DNA from: a virus
DNA: 64,000 nt
Direction: 5' to 3' (one strand)
IMG/VR virus record: IMGVR_UViG_3300028534_000017
Span: 8,284 to 72,283 of that record
The position numbers were made by a program, and so were the translations under genes. The notes under the pieces are model-generated. The model did not search any database. It was not told where the DNA came from and was given only the letters and a program-made list of their open reading frames with translations. Of this stretch, positions 1 through 10,074 are shown in pieces (the first letter of the stretch is position 1; every line of letters begins with the position of its first letter).

Positions 1-407
1 TTAAGAATTTGACCACCCGTTTTTTTAATTTCCAAATCTTCATAAAAAGTTCCTTCCATCCAAATTTTAGCCAAAGCGTAAAATTTTTTCGTATTAAAAA
101 ATCCTCTTGTTGCTATAACTTCTGATTTAAAATCCATAAAATTCCATTTTGGATCAATATTTGCTCGTTCTTTTAAAATAGTATCAAAAACATTTCTGTA
201 TTTAATATTACAATCTTTTGCCACTTTTTGAGAATAATCGACAGTTCTATGCATATCATCATATTTATTAAAAGGAACTTTAAAATAATTATAGGATGAA
301 TCCGTATCTGCATAAAGCAGATTAGGATGTTTTTCAATAGTACTAATAAAATCTATTTTAAAAATATCTTCATGGTGTTTGGCTACCTGTACCGCGTTAT
401 CTTCCAT
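1..407 (-). CDS. polB: Family B DNA polymerase, C-terminal polypeptide (runs off the window's left edge)
   Basis: Hand translation from ATG at 407 (RBS AAGGA) gives MEDNAV...LLYADTDSSY...NTKKFYAL. YADTDS (motif C) is at 297-314, followed by a KKxY motif. Not in the ORF track because it has no stop in the window. Confidence 0.85.
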   Translation of the reverse strand, partial: MEDNAVQVAKHHEDIFKIDFISTIEKHPNLLYADTDSSYNYFKVPFNKYDDMHRTVDYSQKVAKDCNIKYRNVFDTILKERANIDPKWNFMDFKSEVIATRGFFNTKKFYALAKIWMEGTFYEDLEIKKTGGQIL

Positions 408-424
408 ATGTATCCTTTAATTAG

Positions 425-838
425 CTAATAATTTTTAAATAAAAAATATATTTCGGGTATTAAATATATATCTATCTTATATTTACTAGCTATTTCCTTT
501 TCGGGAATACCTTTTAAAAAATCGTAATAAATATTTAAAGCTATTTTTACTGTATCTTGTCCTGGATCAATACTGTCTAAAATTTTTTGAACCTCATTAA
601 ACGTCATCTTTACCCCAACCGATAAATCAATTAGATCTTTATATGACACCCAGAATGAAAATCCATCATCCATTTCAATAAGTACGTTGTTTGTACAGAA
701 ATTTAAATTTTTATAATTTTCTTTTATTTTTCCAGTTTTACCTAAGTACGAAGGAATTTTTTCATTAATACCAACATTAGTATATTTTAGTCGATATAAT
801 TTTATTCGGCAATCTTTTTTTATTCTCTGTATAATCAT
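425..838 (-). CDS. Hypothetical protein, possible C-terminal HTH-like segment
   Basis: 137-aa ORF with RBS; GIPEKEIASKYKI resembles a helix-turn-helix. Confidence 0.5.
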   Translation of the reverse strand: MIIQRIKKDCRIKLYRLKYTNVGINEKIPSYLGKTGKIKENYKNLNFCTNNVLIEMDDGFSFWVSYKDLIDLSVGVKMTFNEVQKILDSIDPGQDTVKIALNIYYDFLKGIPEKEIASKYKIDIYLIPEIYFLFKNY

Positions 839-859
839 ATTTCCTCCTTTATAATTTAT

Positions 860-1210
860 TTATGTATCAAATTTTATTTTTAATTTTTTATCGATAATAC
901 GCATGTTATTAGAATTATCTTTTAATAAACTATTCCAATAATTAGCCATTTTTATAATTTTTTTTACGTTTGGATGTTTACCTATTAAAAAAGAAGATAA
1001 TGGCCAATGTTCTGGAGCAACTTTTTCAAAAAAATCAAATGGTCCCAACTTAGGATTTCTATATTGTGGTTTAAAGTTATCCCAACCTTGATTACCAGGA
1101 AGCATTCTTTTTATCCAATCATCCGGATTTAAATCAAATTGTTCGAGTATTTTAAAAAATAAAACTACTTTTATATTACTCGATCTTATATTTATATCAT
1201 CATTAAACAT
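860..1210 (-). CDS. Hypothetical protein with KLKIKF tail
   Basis: 116 aa, ends KKLKIKFDT. Confidence 0.6.
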   Translation of the reverse strand: MFNDDINIRSSNIKVVLFFKILEQFDLNPDDWIKRMLPGNQGWDNFKPQYRNPKLGPFDFFEKVAPEHWPLSSFLIGKHPNVKKIIKMANYWNSLLKDNSNNMRIIDKKLKIKFDT

Positions 1211-1218
1211 ATTCTATC

Positions 1219-2124
1219 CTAAATATTAAAATAATTTCGTTTAAGAAATTTTAGAAAAGCTTCTAAGTATTCTATTTGTAATTTTTCTCCTCTTGGAGAA
1301 CCACCAATGCTTTTATGACCACCAGCTTTCTTACCAAAAAACGCCTGTAATGGTTCAATAACTCCATTCGGTCCGAAATATTTTTTAGATAATTCTTCAT
1401 TTTGACAAGCCAATGTAATACTATTACTACCAGTATTATACTGTAATATCATATCGTACTCTAAACCATTATTTAAATAACGATCGGTTACAGAAGTATT
1501 ACTAATATAAGTTACTAGTATTTTTGGAATGCTTAGTTCTAATTCGGTAATGTTCTTTAAAAAATCGTTTTCGTTAATTCCCTGTAAAAGATATTTTTTA
1601 ATATCTTCTGGAACATCAAGAATAATATAATCTCTAATACGAAGTATTAATTTATGAATATCCTTCGATAAACTATTTAAATTAATTTTCCAAAAATTAA
1701 TTAAACTCGTAACTGCTAAAAGTTTAATATGATTTGGATTGTCATAATTAAGTACTTCGTTTTTAAATTTATAAAATCCATTTCTATCTAAATATCCAAC
1801 TAACTCACTAAAATTTCTAGCAGTCTCTGTGTTTTTTAAATAACCACCTGCCCACATAATACCAAACACTGTATCTAAATCAACATGACTAATTATAAAA
1901 TTATTGTATTTATAATTAACCGGAGAATAATCATCAGGTATTAATATAGTACTTGCTGATTTATTATTCGATAGTTTTCCATGATGGAGCAGTTCCAGAA
2001 CTGCTCCATCTTTTTTCCCAAAATAATCATCACCATATTCGGTTTCTACTGCTACAACATCGGTCATGGTTTTAGAAAGTTTTACGGCATGTTCATACGT
2101 TGTTCCTAATTTTACTTCAATCAT
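1219..2124 (-). CDS. DHH-like phosphoesterase
   Basis: ISHVDLD, LHHG and C-terminal GGHKSIGG (DHHA1-like) motifs. Confidence 0.6.
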   Translation of the reverse strand: MIEVKLGTTYEHAVKLSKTMTDVVAVETEYGDDYFGKKDGAVLELLHHGKLSNNKSASTILIPDDYSPVNYKYNNFIISHVDLDTVFGIMWAGGYLKNTETARNFSELVGYLDRNGFYKFKNEVLNYDNPNHIKLLAVTSLINFWKINLNSLSKDIHKLILRIRDYIILDVPEDIKKYLLQGINENDFLKNITELELSIPKILVTYISNTSVTDRYLNNGLEYDMILQYNTGSNSITLACQNEELSKKYFGPNGVIEPLQAFFGKKAGGHKSIGGSPRGEKLQIEYLEAFLKFLKRNYFNI

Positions 2125-2158
2125 GAAATCTCCTTTATTTAACTTAAGCTACTTTATT

Positions 2159-3367
2159 TTAATCATTCTGACCATCTTGATTCTCTAAATAATCAAAGAT
2201 TTTAAAATCCTCTTTTTTTAAAGTAATATTTTCCGGAAGATGATCTAAAATTTCCGGATAGATTAGAAATGCTCCATTAATAAAATCAAAGATTTTATTT
2301 TTGAATTCATCGTTTTTGATAAATGCCTCTAGAATCTCCTTTGAAAATTCTAAATTTTCAGCAGATTCGTAATCTTTAGATTCAAATACTTCTAATTCAA
2401 ATGCCTCCGGTACTTCATCTACTACCATATTTTCAGTATTTCGCGCATTTTCATTTTTTACTTTGAGGTCCACTCTTTTGAAATCTTCTGGAAATAAACG
2501 AATTTTCACGATGTTTGTGTTTTGAACAGTTTCTCCATCTTCATTTTGTACTTCAATCGTAATTTTTTTAAGGAATACATAATCTCCAAAAGCTTGATAA
2601 GAATCAAAATCAAACACGACGTCGGCAAAAGTCTGATTTTTGTAAATTAAATCATAACTTCTTTCGTATTTAATAGTAATACTTTTATAAGCGAACGCAA
2701 TTTTTACAAGACCAACTATAATATTAATCAATGCTTGTTTATTATCCTTAAAACTTTTAAGAAGAATACTCGCATTGTTTTTATCGATGACATAAAAGAA
2801 GTTTTTAATCTCGGTGATATCCTGTTGAATATTTAAAAGGTATTTTTGAGCCTTAAAAATACTCATGTACGAATCGCCGGAAATTTTAGCCGGTTGAACC
2901 TTAGCTGTAAGTAAGTTGTTAACCATAATCGAATCGCGTGGTGGTTTAATATGATTAATATTAATGCATTTAACCATCTCTAAAATTCTTGGAGTAAGTT
3001 CTCCAAATGGTCTTAGGTATTGGCCCATCTCTAGGATTTTTGCTTTACCTCTTTCTCGATTCTGAAACAGCGATTTTGTATCATCATAAGTATAGATATC
3101 TCTTTCAAAATCCTTAATCTTATTGATGATATCTTCTTCAGAAATATTTAATTGTTGTGGAGCAGAGTAATCTCTATCTCTGTAAGCAGCATCTTCTTCT
3201 TGTGCATCATCTTCTCTTGTTAAACTTCTATCTGAATCAGTTAGACTAGTTCTAATCGCTGGTCTTGATTCTTCATTAGTGGTTCGAATAAGGCGTTGTC
3301 CAATATTGATTTCCGCTTCGTTTACTGGTACTTCTCTCGTTTCGTTTTCTGTTGTTATTGTAGACAT
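2159..3367 (-). CDS. Hypothetical protein (402 aa) downstream of a bipartite promoter
   Basis: Long ORF with RBS AAGGAG; no recognised motif. Confidence 0.6.
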   Translation of the reverse strand: MSTITTENETREVPVNEAEINIGQRLIRTTNEESRPAIRTSLTDSDRSLTREDDAQEEDAAYRDRDYSAPQQLNISEEDIINKIKDFERDIYTYDDTKSLFQNRERGKAKILEMGQYLRPFGELTPRILEMVKCININHIKPPRDSIMVNNLLTAKVQPAKISGDSYMSIFKAQKYLLNIQQDITEIKNFFYVIDKNNASILLKSFKDNKQALINIIVGLVKIAFAYKSITIKYERSYDLIYKNQTFADVVFDFDSYQAFGDYVFLKKITIEVQNEDGETVQNTNIVKIRLFPEDFKRVDLKVKNENARNTENMVVDEVPEAFELEVFESKDYESAENLEFSKEILEAFIKNDEFKNKIFDFINGAFLIYPEILDHLPENITLKKEDFKIFDYLENQDGQND

Positions 3368-3425
3368 TATATATGTCTCCTTTTTGTAATTTAATTTTTA
3401 TTTTTTACTAAAAATAAAGAAAAAT

Positions 3426-3455
3426 GATAAATATAAACCGCAGTTTATATTTATC
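3426..3455. promoter_or_regulatory. Perfect 13-bp hairpin immediately downstream of the promoter
   Basis: GATAAATATAAAC-CGCA-GTTTATATTTATC. Confidence 0.6.
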
Positions 3456-3461
3456 TGATAT

Positions 3462-3496
3462 TAAGATATCTATACAATCATGTCCTTATTTTAAAG
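3462..3496 (-). promoter_or_regulatory. Bipartite phage promoter candidate, copy 1
   Basis: CTTTAAAATAA-N10-GTATAGATATCTTA; same spacing as copies at 26221, 34624 and 54232. Confidence 0.7.
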
Positions 3497-3507
3497 ACAA
3501 GATTAGT

Positions 3508-3525
3508 AAAGGGCTTCGGCCCTTT
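3508..3525 (-). terminator. Intrinsic terminator after the beta C-terminal gene
   Basis: AAAGGGC-TTCG-GCCCTTT hairpin overlapping the stop codon. Confidence 0.8.
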
Positions 3526-5551
3526 ACACAAATTCCATACCAATTATTTTTAAAGCAGTGTTAATAGTTTTCTTAGTAACACTTTGGTATTTTTGCTTCA
3601 TATTGTATTTACCATCTTTAATAATTTTCATTAAAAAAGTTTCCTTATCTTCTTGGGAATCAGATTTAAAAGTATACAACTCTTTTAACACAGCATTATT
3701 ATGTCTGTGTGATAATAATGATGCCGTACTTTGCCAACTTAAATGTTGACCACCTTCTACTTTTCTACCTTTGGCTGGTTGTCCAGTAGTTTTACTATAA
3801 TTATTAGCAAATGACACTGCGTTATATTTTGAGTTACTGGTATGATACAATTTGATTAAATAATTTTCGCCGTATTGTAGATTAGCAGTGGTTTCATAAT
3901 AACTTTTAATATCATTCTTTCTAAAAATAGTGTTTTCTAAATTTAAGAAAACTCTTAAATAAGTAGTAAATGCTCCAGTAAAAGTAACATCTTTTTTAGA
4001 AGTTAAATTAATATTAAATGTCGCCTCATACTTATTCATTTTTTTCATAAATTTATAATAAGGAATATTAGCAAAATTACTAAAAAATAAATATAAACCA
4101 TTTTTATCAATATCCTTAAGTACTGGACTAATAGTTTCATTATTTGATAATAAATTCATTACCGTATTATAATATTCTGGATCGGTATCCTTAAGAAAAA
4201 GTTCTGCTACCAAACGAAGCTTTTCTATTCTTAAAGCATTATCAGATTTTTCGATATCTCTAATAATTTTGCTTAGATTTAATTCGTAAATGCTTCCCCA
4301 GTTATTACGACCAAAGATACCAAGAGAGTTAAAAACAACATCAAATGGTTTTCCAGTGTCTGGATTTTTAGGCATAAGTTCATCGGGAACTATTAAAGCA
4401 ACCGTTCCTTTACCAGCATAGAGATTACTAAATTTATCACCTTTAGTTGTTCCAGTGGTATATGAAATATCGAGTTCCACTATATAATCTAAGAATTCTG
4501 GATCGGTATTATAACGCATTCCAAATTCTTCGATCATCATTTTACTTGGATTTTTCATTTGAAAGTATTGTGATTCTATATTCCCAACATATTCCTCAAC
4601 ATCTTCTTCTTTTAAACCAAGTGATCTAAATTTTAACCGAAGACTTTCGATATCTTTAAGTTGGATATTATAATAATATTCCAACTCTGTTATAAGTTCG
4701 GAAGTATAAAAATACTCTTTTCTTTTTTCATCGAATGATTTATCGGTCAATTTATGAACTTTAATTCTCTCAACTTTTCCATTTTTAATACCTTCTATAC
4801 CTTTAGTATAATATTTGGATTCTGTGCTCTCATCGATATTGATTAATTCGGTTAAGAAGAAATCTTCCATATCTATATTATAATATGTAGCAATTTTATC
4901 AGTATCATCTAAAGTTTCACCAAGTAATGGAAAATAGGATTCGCTTTTTTTATTTTTAATAAATTTCATAAATTTTGTAATTGGTATGAAAATCTTTTCG
5001 CTGTATTCTATTTCGGTTTTTTTAGCAAAGCTTTCCGAAATTGCTATAGCATCATCGGCATTAAAGCCGAAGAAAGTACTAAATAAAATATCAGCTCTGT
5101 AACCAACCCTTGGTAATTGGGTCTCTGGAATATAATTGCTATAATCAAAAAGAACATCGTTCTTTTTGAAAGACGTTCCTTCAGTTACACAATATTTTAA
5201 AGAAAGACTATTATTAATTAATTTTTTATACATTGGAATATGTTTTAATTCCATATTCTTTTTAGTAGTATAATAAATAATAAGTAATTCATCTTTTCTA
5301 AAAATAACTATTCCATCGTCTTCGGCTATTTCTTGATAAGGCGATTGAACGGTAGTTAAATCTTTATAGTTTTTATCTATAATAAACGGAGTTTCCGTTT
5401 TTTTCGAAATAACTAGTTGCCCCATTTGCTTATTTTCCATATTTAATCTAGACGCATCAACACTGGATGCGAATGGACAAAATACTTCAACTGCCGGACT
5501 AAATAAAACTACATTTTTATCATCTTGGTTAATATTGCTCACAATACTCAT
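3524..5551 (-). CDS. rpoB: RNA polymerase beta-like subunit, C-terminal half (RNAP set 1, probably non-virion)
   Basis: PFASSVDASRLNMENKQMGQ, GDKFSNLYAGKG, DVVFNSLGIFGRNN and GQPAKGRKVEGGQ match conserved beta regions. Confidence 0.9.
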   Translation of the reverse strand: MSIVSNINQDDKNVVLFSPAVEVFCPFASSVDASRLNMENKQMGQLVISKKTETPFIIDKNYKDLTTVQSPYQEIAEDDGIVIFRKDELLIIYYTTKKNMELKHIPMYKKLINNSLSLKYCVTEGTSFKKNDVLFDYSNYIPETQLPRVGYRADILFSTFFGFNADDAIAISESFAKKTEIEYSEKIFIPITKFMKFIKNKKSESYFPLLGETLDDTDKIATYYNIDMEDFFLTELINIDESTESKYYTKGIEGIKNGKVERIKVHKLTDKSFDEKRKEYFYTSELITELEYYYNIQLKDIESLRLKFRSLGLKEEDVEEYVGNIESQYFQMKNPSKMMIEEFGMRYNTDPEFLDYIVELDISYTTGTTKGDKFSNLYAGKGTVALIVPDELMPKNPDTGKPFDVVFNSLGIFGRNNWGSIYELNLSKIIRDIEKSDNALRIEKLRLVAELFLKDTDPEYYNTVMNLLSNNETISPVLKDIDKNGLYLFFSNFANIPYYKFMKKMNKYEATFNINLTSKKDVTFTGAFTTYLRVFLNLENTIFRKNDIKSYYETTANLQYGENYLIKLYHTSNSKYNAVSFANNYSKTTGQPAKGRKVEGGQHLSWQSTASLLSHRHNNAVLKELYTFKSDSQEDKETFLMKIIKDGKYNMKQKYQSVTKKTINTALKIIGMEFV

Positions 5552-5563
5552 TTATGTTCCTTA

Positions 5564-7132
5564 TTATGTATTACTGTCGTTATGGAATAAGTTTTTTTCA
5601 AATACAGCCTTTCTCAAATCTTCTTTTAAGTTATGAATTAATTTAAAAGAATTTCTAGAACGCATAATTTTATTTAAATCATCCGCTTGGTCTTTATCAC
5701 CCCTGAATGCAATAAAGCGCGGATGCATTAAACTATAATGTTCATTTTTATCCGATTTAGTAATATCATTAGCTTCACCTTCACAAATAATATTTAGGTA
5801 TTTTTCTTGATTTTCCCAAATCTCTTTTTTAAGATCTTTATCGATTCCAGATAAATTAGTCTTAACTAAACCATCACTAGATTCGCAAACTAATGCTCCT
5901 AAAGTATCTTTTCTTTTACCTTCTTCAAAACCAACTACTTTTAAATCAAAATCAAAAATATTTTTAAATTTGATACAATTTGTAGAGTGTCCGGTCTCAA
6001 AATTAGCATAACCTACTTTGAATATAACTCCTTCTTTTCCAGCTTTCAGTTGCTGTTTAAAAAAACCAATAATATCTTCTACATTTTCTTTAGAGATAAA
6101 AATAGTTTCTATTAACTGAATTAATTCCCCACCTACCATTTCTTGAAAAGCAGTAAGAGCACTTTTTAATTTGGAGAATCTTCCTAAGTTATTCGGTTGA
6201 TTATTAAAATCTTTATTTACCGTTAAATCCCACACAGTATAGCGAATTTTTTCTCGCATTTCTCTATCGGAAATACCAAATACCTTTTTAAATTCGGCTT
6301 TATATTTTTTAGCCTCTTTTGAATCCTCTTTTTCTTTTAAAGCTAAAGTTGTTAAAGCTTTAAAAATACCATTAGCTTCCAAACGGTTTGGATAACCTTC
6401 AATAGTTAATTCTCCGTGAAGAGTTACTATATCTTTTTTATCGATATATCTATGTTTTTCCAAAAAGATTCTAAAATCTCTCACTTGTTTAAGGATTTTT
6501 TTATCTTGGAATATAATTTCTTTTAATCGTCTGCTTATAAATTGTCCGGTACTAAGGTTAGCAAATGCGAATAATCCATCCGCTTTCTCCTGAACTAATC
6601 CAATTATTGCTCCTTCTTCAACATGTGTTAAACTAACGTGTTGCTGAACTCTTTCTATCAGATCAATGAATCCATTAAATCCTACGGCTCCCATATAATC
6701 GGCCGTTGGAATACATTTTGGAATAACTTGATTAATTAAACGAACACCCAATCCGATATCTAAATCTCTATCGAGAATCATTTTAAGAAATAGTTTTGTA
6801 TCTTGATTACAAGAGTCGTGTAATTGTATTAACGCTTTTTTCCCAGCATTTCCACGCAATTTTTTAATTAAAAATAGATCTTCTATTTTATCTAATAAAG
6901 TACCTAAATCATTTACGGGTACTTTAAAATAATCATCCATTATTGATAACTCTTCTTCTTTTGGATAAGTAATATTAAAAATAATATATGGACTATAGAC
7001 GTATTGGAAAAATCTAATAATATTTTTTTTATCTAATTTATACAATTGGAGTAAAATAATTTTTTTTTGAGTAGTTCTAGAATTATTTTTAATATTATCC
7101 AATAATTTTATAATATGTTTTGTATTTGTCAT
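5564..7132 (-). CDS. lig: ATP-dependent DNA ligase
   Basis: QEKADG (motif I), EGVIFK, CIKFK, HPRFIAFRGDK. Confidence 0.92.
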   Translation of the reverse strand: MTNTKHIIKLLDNIKNNSRTTQKKIILLQLYKLDKKNIIRFFQYVYSPYIIFNITYPKEEELSIMDDYFKVPVNDLGTLLDKIEDLFLIKKLRGNAGKKALIQLHDSCNQDTKLFLKMILDRDLDIGLGVRLINQVIPKCIPTADYMGAVGFNGFIDLIERVQQHVSLTHVEEGAIIGLVQEKADGLFAFANLSTGQFISRRLKEIIFQDKKILKQVRDFRIFLEKHRYIDKKDIVTLHGELTIEGYPNRLEANGIFKALTTLALKEKEDSKEAKKYKAEFKKVFGISDREMREKIRYTVWDLTVNKDFNNQPNNLGRFSKLKSALTAFQEMVGGELIQLIETIFISKENVEDIIGFFKQQLKAGKEGVIFKVGYANFETGHSTNCIKFKNIFDFDLKVVGFEEGKRKDTLGALVCESSDGLVKTNLSGIDKDLKKEIWENQEKYLNIICEGEANDITKSDKNEHYSLMHPRFIAFRGDKDQADDLNKIMRSRNSFKLIHNLKEDLRKAVFEKNLFHNDSNT

Positions 7133-7170
7133 ATTGATCCTTTTTTATTTATTTATCTAATCCAAAAGGA

Positions 7171-7566
7171 TTAGAAATTTGGTACGGTTGGGATATCCAA
7201 ATTATTTACCGGTTCCGGTACTCCCATTTGTGGTTGTTGAGTACTTGGTTGATTCGTCGGAATCTGTTCAGATGGTACAACAGCATTTTCCAATTGAATA
7301 TCGTTTACCGTTAATTGAAACTCTGTAACACCATTATATGTATTTTGAGCAAATACTCCAACTAATCCAATAGTTTTACCTTTTAAATTTTCTGGACCAA
7401 AATCTTTAATCTTAGATACTATATCCGATTTAAAAACTAAAAATTTATATGTTTGAAAATTTCCAGTTTCATCAGGTAATCTAATGTATCCTACAGAGTA
7501 CTCTTTATTTTGCTTAGATATATTTAAATAACATGCTGTTATTTCTCCAGTATATAATTGATTCAT
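7171..7566 (-). CDS. OB-fold single-stranded DNA-binding protein (start reassigned to MNQLY)
   Basis: OB-like beta pattern (GKTIGLVG...FQLTVNDIQ) and a Pro/Gln-rich tail ending DIPTVPNF; RBS AAGGAG precedes ATG at 7566. Confidence 0.6.
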   Translation of the reverse strand: MNQLYTGEITACYLNISKQNKEYSVGYIRLPDETGNFQTYKFLVFKSDIVSKIKDFGPENLKGKTIGLVGVFAQNTYNGVTEFQLTVNDIQLENAVVPSEQIPTNQPSTQQPQMGVPEPVNNLDIPTVPNF

Positions 7567-7567
7567 T

Positions 7568-7999
7568 CTATCTCCTTTTACTTTTTTTAAATTTTTCTTC
7601 ATCTAATATTATTTGGATTTCACTAAGATATCCTATTTTTTTTATATTTCTTTGGATATTATCCTCATGTATATAAATTTCTTCAAATAACTGACAAGTT
7701 TGTTTTATAACATGTTCTTTGTACCATTTGATCTTAGCTTGCATATCTAAATAACTCAATTGTATTTTTTCAAATACCTTTATTACTTTTTCCTCATCCT
7801 CCGGATCTGGAATATTAGCTTCGGCTAATGTAAAATCTAGATAAATATCTTTCGAATCATCCGATAAATGTATTAGATAATCTTCCGCACACATATAACG
7901 TTCGGTTTGATCTAAAGGTTCTTTTGGATCAAACAATTTAAAATCTAAAAAAATATTTATCTTTTCCCTAGTACTTTGAAAAATATCTAACTTATTCAT
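7568..7999 (-). CDS. Hypothetical protein
   Basis: 143-aa ORF in operon context. Confidence 0.55.
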   Translation of the reverse strand: MNKLDIFQSTREKINIFLDFKLFDPKEPLDQTERYMCAEDYLIHLSDDSKDIYLDFTLAEANIPDPEDEEKVIKVFEKIQLSYLDMQAKIKWYKEHVIKQTCQLFEEIYIHEDNIQRNIKKIGYLSEIQIILDEEKFKKSKRR

Positions 8000-8564
8000 T
8001 AAGTTTCCTATTCAATTTCATAGTATATTTAAATAATGCTATATCATTATCAATATTTGGATCAATAATAAGAAAACCCTTTTTAAAGAAATTTCTATCT
8101 AAAGTTTCTATATTCTGACTCAAATAATCAGATATTATGGTACCAGGATAAGTATTAATATAAATAAGTACATCATGATTATTTAAAAGACATTCGAAAT
8201 CTTTTAAAACGTATTGTTTTAAATTTTCATAATCCTCCTTTTGATATTTTAATAATAAATAAGTTGGAATATTTTTATAAACCTGGATATAATTTAATAA
8301 AATATTATAATTTTCTAAAGCTTTCATATTTCGTTTATAAAATATAAACGAAACTATCCCAGCAAGAATATCAAAAATACCCAAATAAAACATAATGTTT
8401 GTATCGGCAGTGGCTGATATTATTATACCAATAATAATTAAATAAGCAGCTATTCCATAATTTACTACTGGACTTATCATAAACTTAAAAAATTTTTCTT
8501 TAAAATTTTTCTTTTCCATTTTAGTGTTTTCAATCATCCTGATTCCTTTATAATATTTTCCCAA
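7992..8564 (-). CDS. Membrane protein with two TM segments
   Basis: Hydrophobic YGIAAYLIIIGIIIS and FYLGIFDILAGIVSFIFY. Confidence 0.55.
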   Translation of the reverse strand: MGKYYKGIRMIENTKMEKKNFKEKFFKFMISPVVNYGIAAYLIIIGIIISATADTNIMFYLGIFDILAGIVSFIFYKRNMKALENYNILLNYIQVYKNIPTYLLLKYQKEDYENLKQYVLKDFECLLNNHDVLIYINTYPGTIISDYLSQNIETLDRNFFKKGFLIIDPNIDNDIALFKYTMKLNRKLNE

Positions 8565-9750
8565 ATAAATTAACTTTTGTAGTACTAGTAAGTACTAAAT
8601 TTAATGCTGTTTTATCAGCTGAAACCGAAATTGGACAAATCTTTCCAAACGTTTTTGGATGATTCTCTGTCCAAGATTTTGGTAAACGACCATCTGTAAT
8701 AATACTAATATCTTGAGATACTTTATGTATTAATGAAGATGGATACGGAAGACTTAAATCATATAAGTTACCTCGGTGGAGATTCTTATTAAAACCTTTG
8801 GTCATAATACTATTTTTATTCATACTTGCCAAAAAGTTTTGATTTGCTTTGTCAATCGCTCCATAAAGAAGTCTTACATAAATTTCGAAAACTGGTCTAA
8901 CCAAATATTCTAAAAGAACTATTCTTCTGTTATCTGGATCTGCCATATCGATTGGAGTTTCATTTATATACAACTCGATAATTTTTTTAAAGATTTCTGG
9001 AAGTGTTCGCACTCCATAATAATTATCAAAAACATCTCTGTAGTATTCAAGCATTAAAAAGTTATCAAAGAAATTGGTTATAGTTCCTTCCTTTTCAAAT
9101 AACTCGTAAAAAAAATCCGTTTTATGAAAACCAAAGAAATCAATAACTTTCTTTAATTCTTCTTTTGTGAATCTAAATGGATTCTCCCCAGTTTTTTTAT
9201 GGATTAATCCATGTTCTGCTAAATATTCTAAATACTCTTCATCTTTATTAAAAAATATTTTTAAGAATAAAAGCATATCTATTTTTTTATTTTTAAATTG
9301 AATTATCTTTTCATCATTAAAAATAAATGTAAAGTTATAAACTGGATTAATATTAGCAAATATTTTTTGCTCTTTATCCGATTCGACATCTATTCTATCA
9401 ATAGGAGCCTTCTCTAAAAATAATAATGGAACATAAACCATATTATTTAAAATAAAGAAATTATCCTTTATTAACTTTGGTACAAAAACCTCAATTTTAT
9501 TATCAAACTCTTTATATCTTTGAGTAATAATATAGTTATCCATAAATGAATTATCTTTATTTATATACCCTGGTTGAACATCTTCTTTGGTTAAGGTAAA
9601 ATTATAATCTGGATTTAATTCATGAATTTTTGAAAATAGATCTATTAAAATTACTTCTAATTTGCCCAAATCATGTTTTCTGAATTCCTTAATTAATAAC
9701 TCGTCGTTATCCTCTCTATTATCATATTTACTAAAACTTACTAAGTTCAT
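8548..9750 (-). CDS. rpoB: RNA polymerase beta-like subunit, N-terminal half (set 1)
   Basis: VPKLIKDNFFILNN (FIING-like) and HPKTFGKICPISVS (HxSxxGRICP-like). Confidence 0.85.
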   Translation of the reverse strand: MNLVSFSKYDNREDNDELLIKEFRKHDLGKLEVILIDLFSKIHELNPDYNFTLTKEDVQPGYINKDNSFMDNYIITQRYKEFDNKIEVFVPKLIKDNFFILNNMVYVPLLFLEKAPIDRIDVESDKEQKIFANINPVYNFTFIFNDEKIIQFKNKKIDMLLFLKIFFNKDEEYLEYLAEHGLIHKKTGENPFRFTKEELKKVIDFFGFHKTDFFYELFEKEGTITNFFDNFLMLEYYRDVFDNYYGVRTLPEIFKKIIELYINETPIDMADPDNRRIVLLEYLVRPVFEIYVRLLYGAIDKANQNFLASMNKNSIMTKGFNKNLHRGNLYDLSLPYPSSLIHKVSQDISIITDGRLPKSWTENHPKTFGKICPISVSADKTALNLVLTSTTKVNLFGKIL

Positions 9751-9887
9751 TAATTCTCCTCATCGTTTTCATCTGGATTAAAATTCTTATCCAGAATTCT
9801 TCTTCCTACTCTAACAATATATTCTTCTAAATCTTTTCTCCATGCATATACAATTAATGCAAGTATTCCTACGCCAGCTACATCCAT
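9750..9887 (-). CDS. Small membrane peptide, 45 aa (not in ORF track)
   Basis: MDVAGVGILALIVYAWRKD...; RBS GAAGGAG lies in the upstream FEGD tail; stop overlaps the beta start. Confidence 0.55.
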   Translation of the reverse strand: MDVAGVGILALIVYAWRKDLEEYIVRVGRRILDKNFNPDENDEEN

Positions 9888-9980
9888 TTAATCTCCTTCG
9901 AATTTTACTAAAATATCTTTTGGTTTATCTTCAGCTTCTTCAAATCTTCCTTCTTTTAAAAAAAGTTCTATTTCCTCCAT
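9888..9980 (-). CDS. 30-aa ORF with KIKFE-type tail, possibly the frameshifted 3' part of an ORF starting at 10078
   Basis: MEEIELFLKEGRFEEAEDKPKDILVKFEGD. Confidence 0.45.
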   Translation of the reverse strand: MEEIELFLKEGRFEEAEDKPKDILVKFEGD

Positions 9981-10074
9981 TAAAGATAATTCTTTTTTTC
10001 TCGTTTAGAAAATAATTTTTTTAAAGAATTTGAACCGTAATAACTCTCACCTAAGTATTGATTATTTAAATAAC

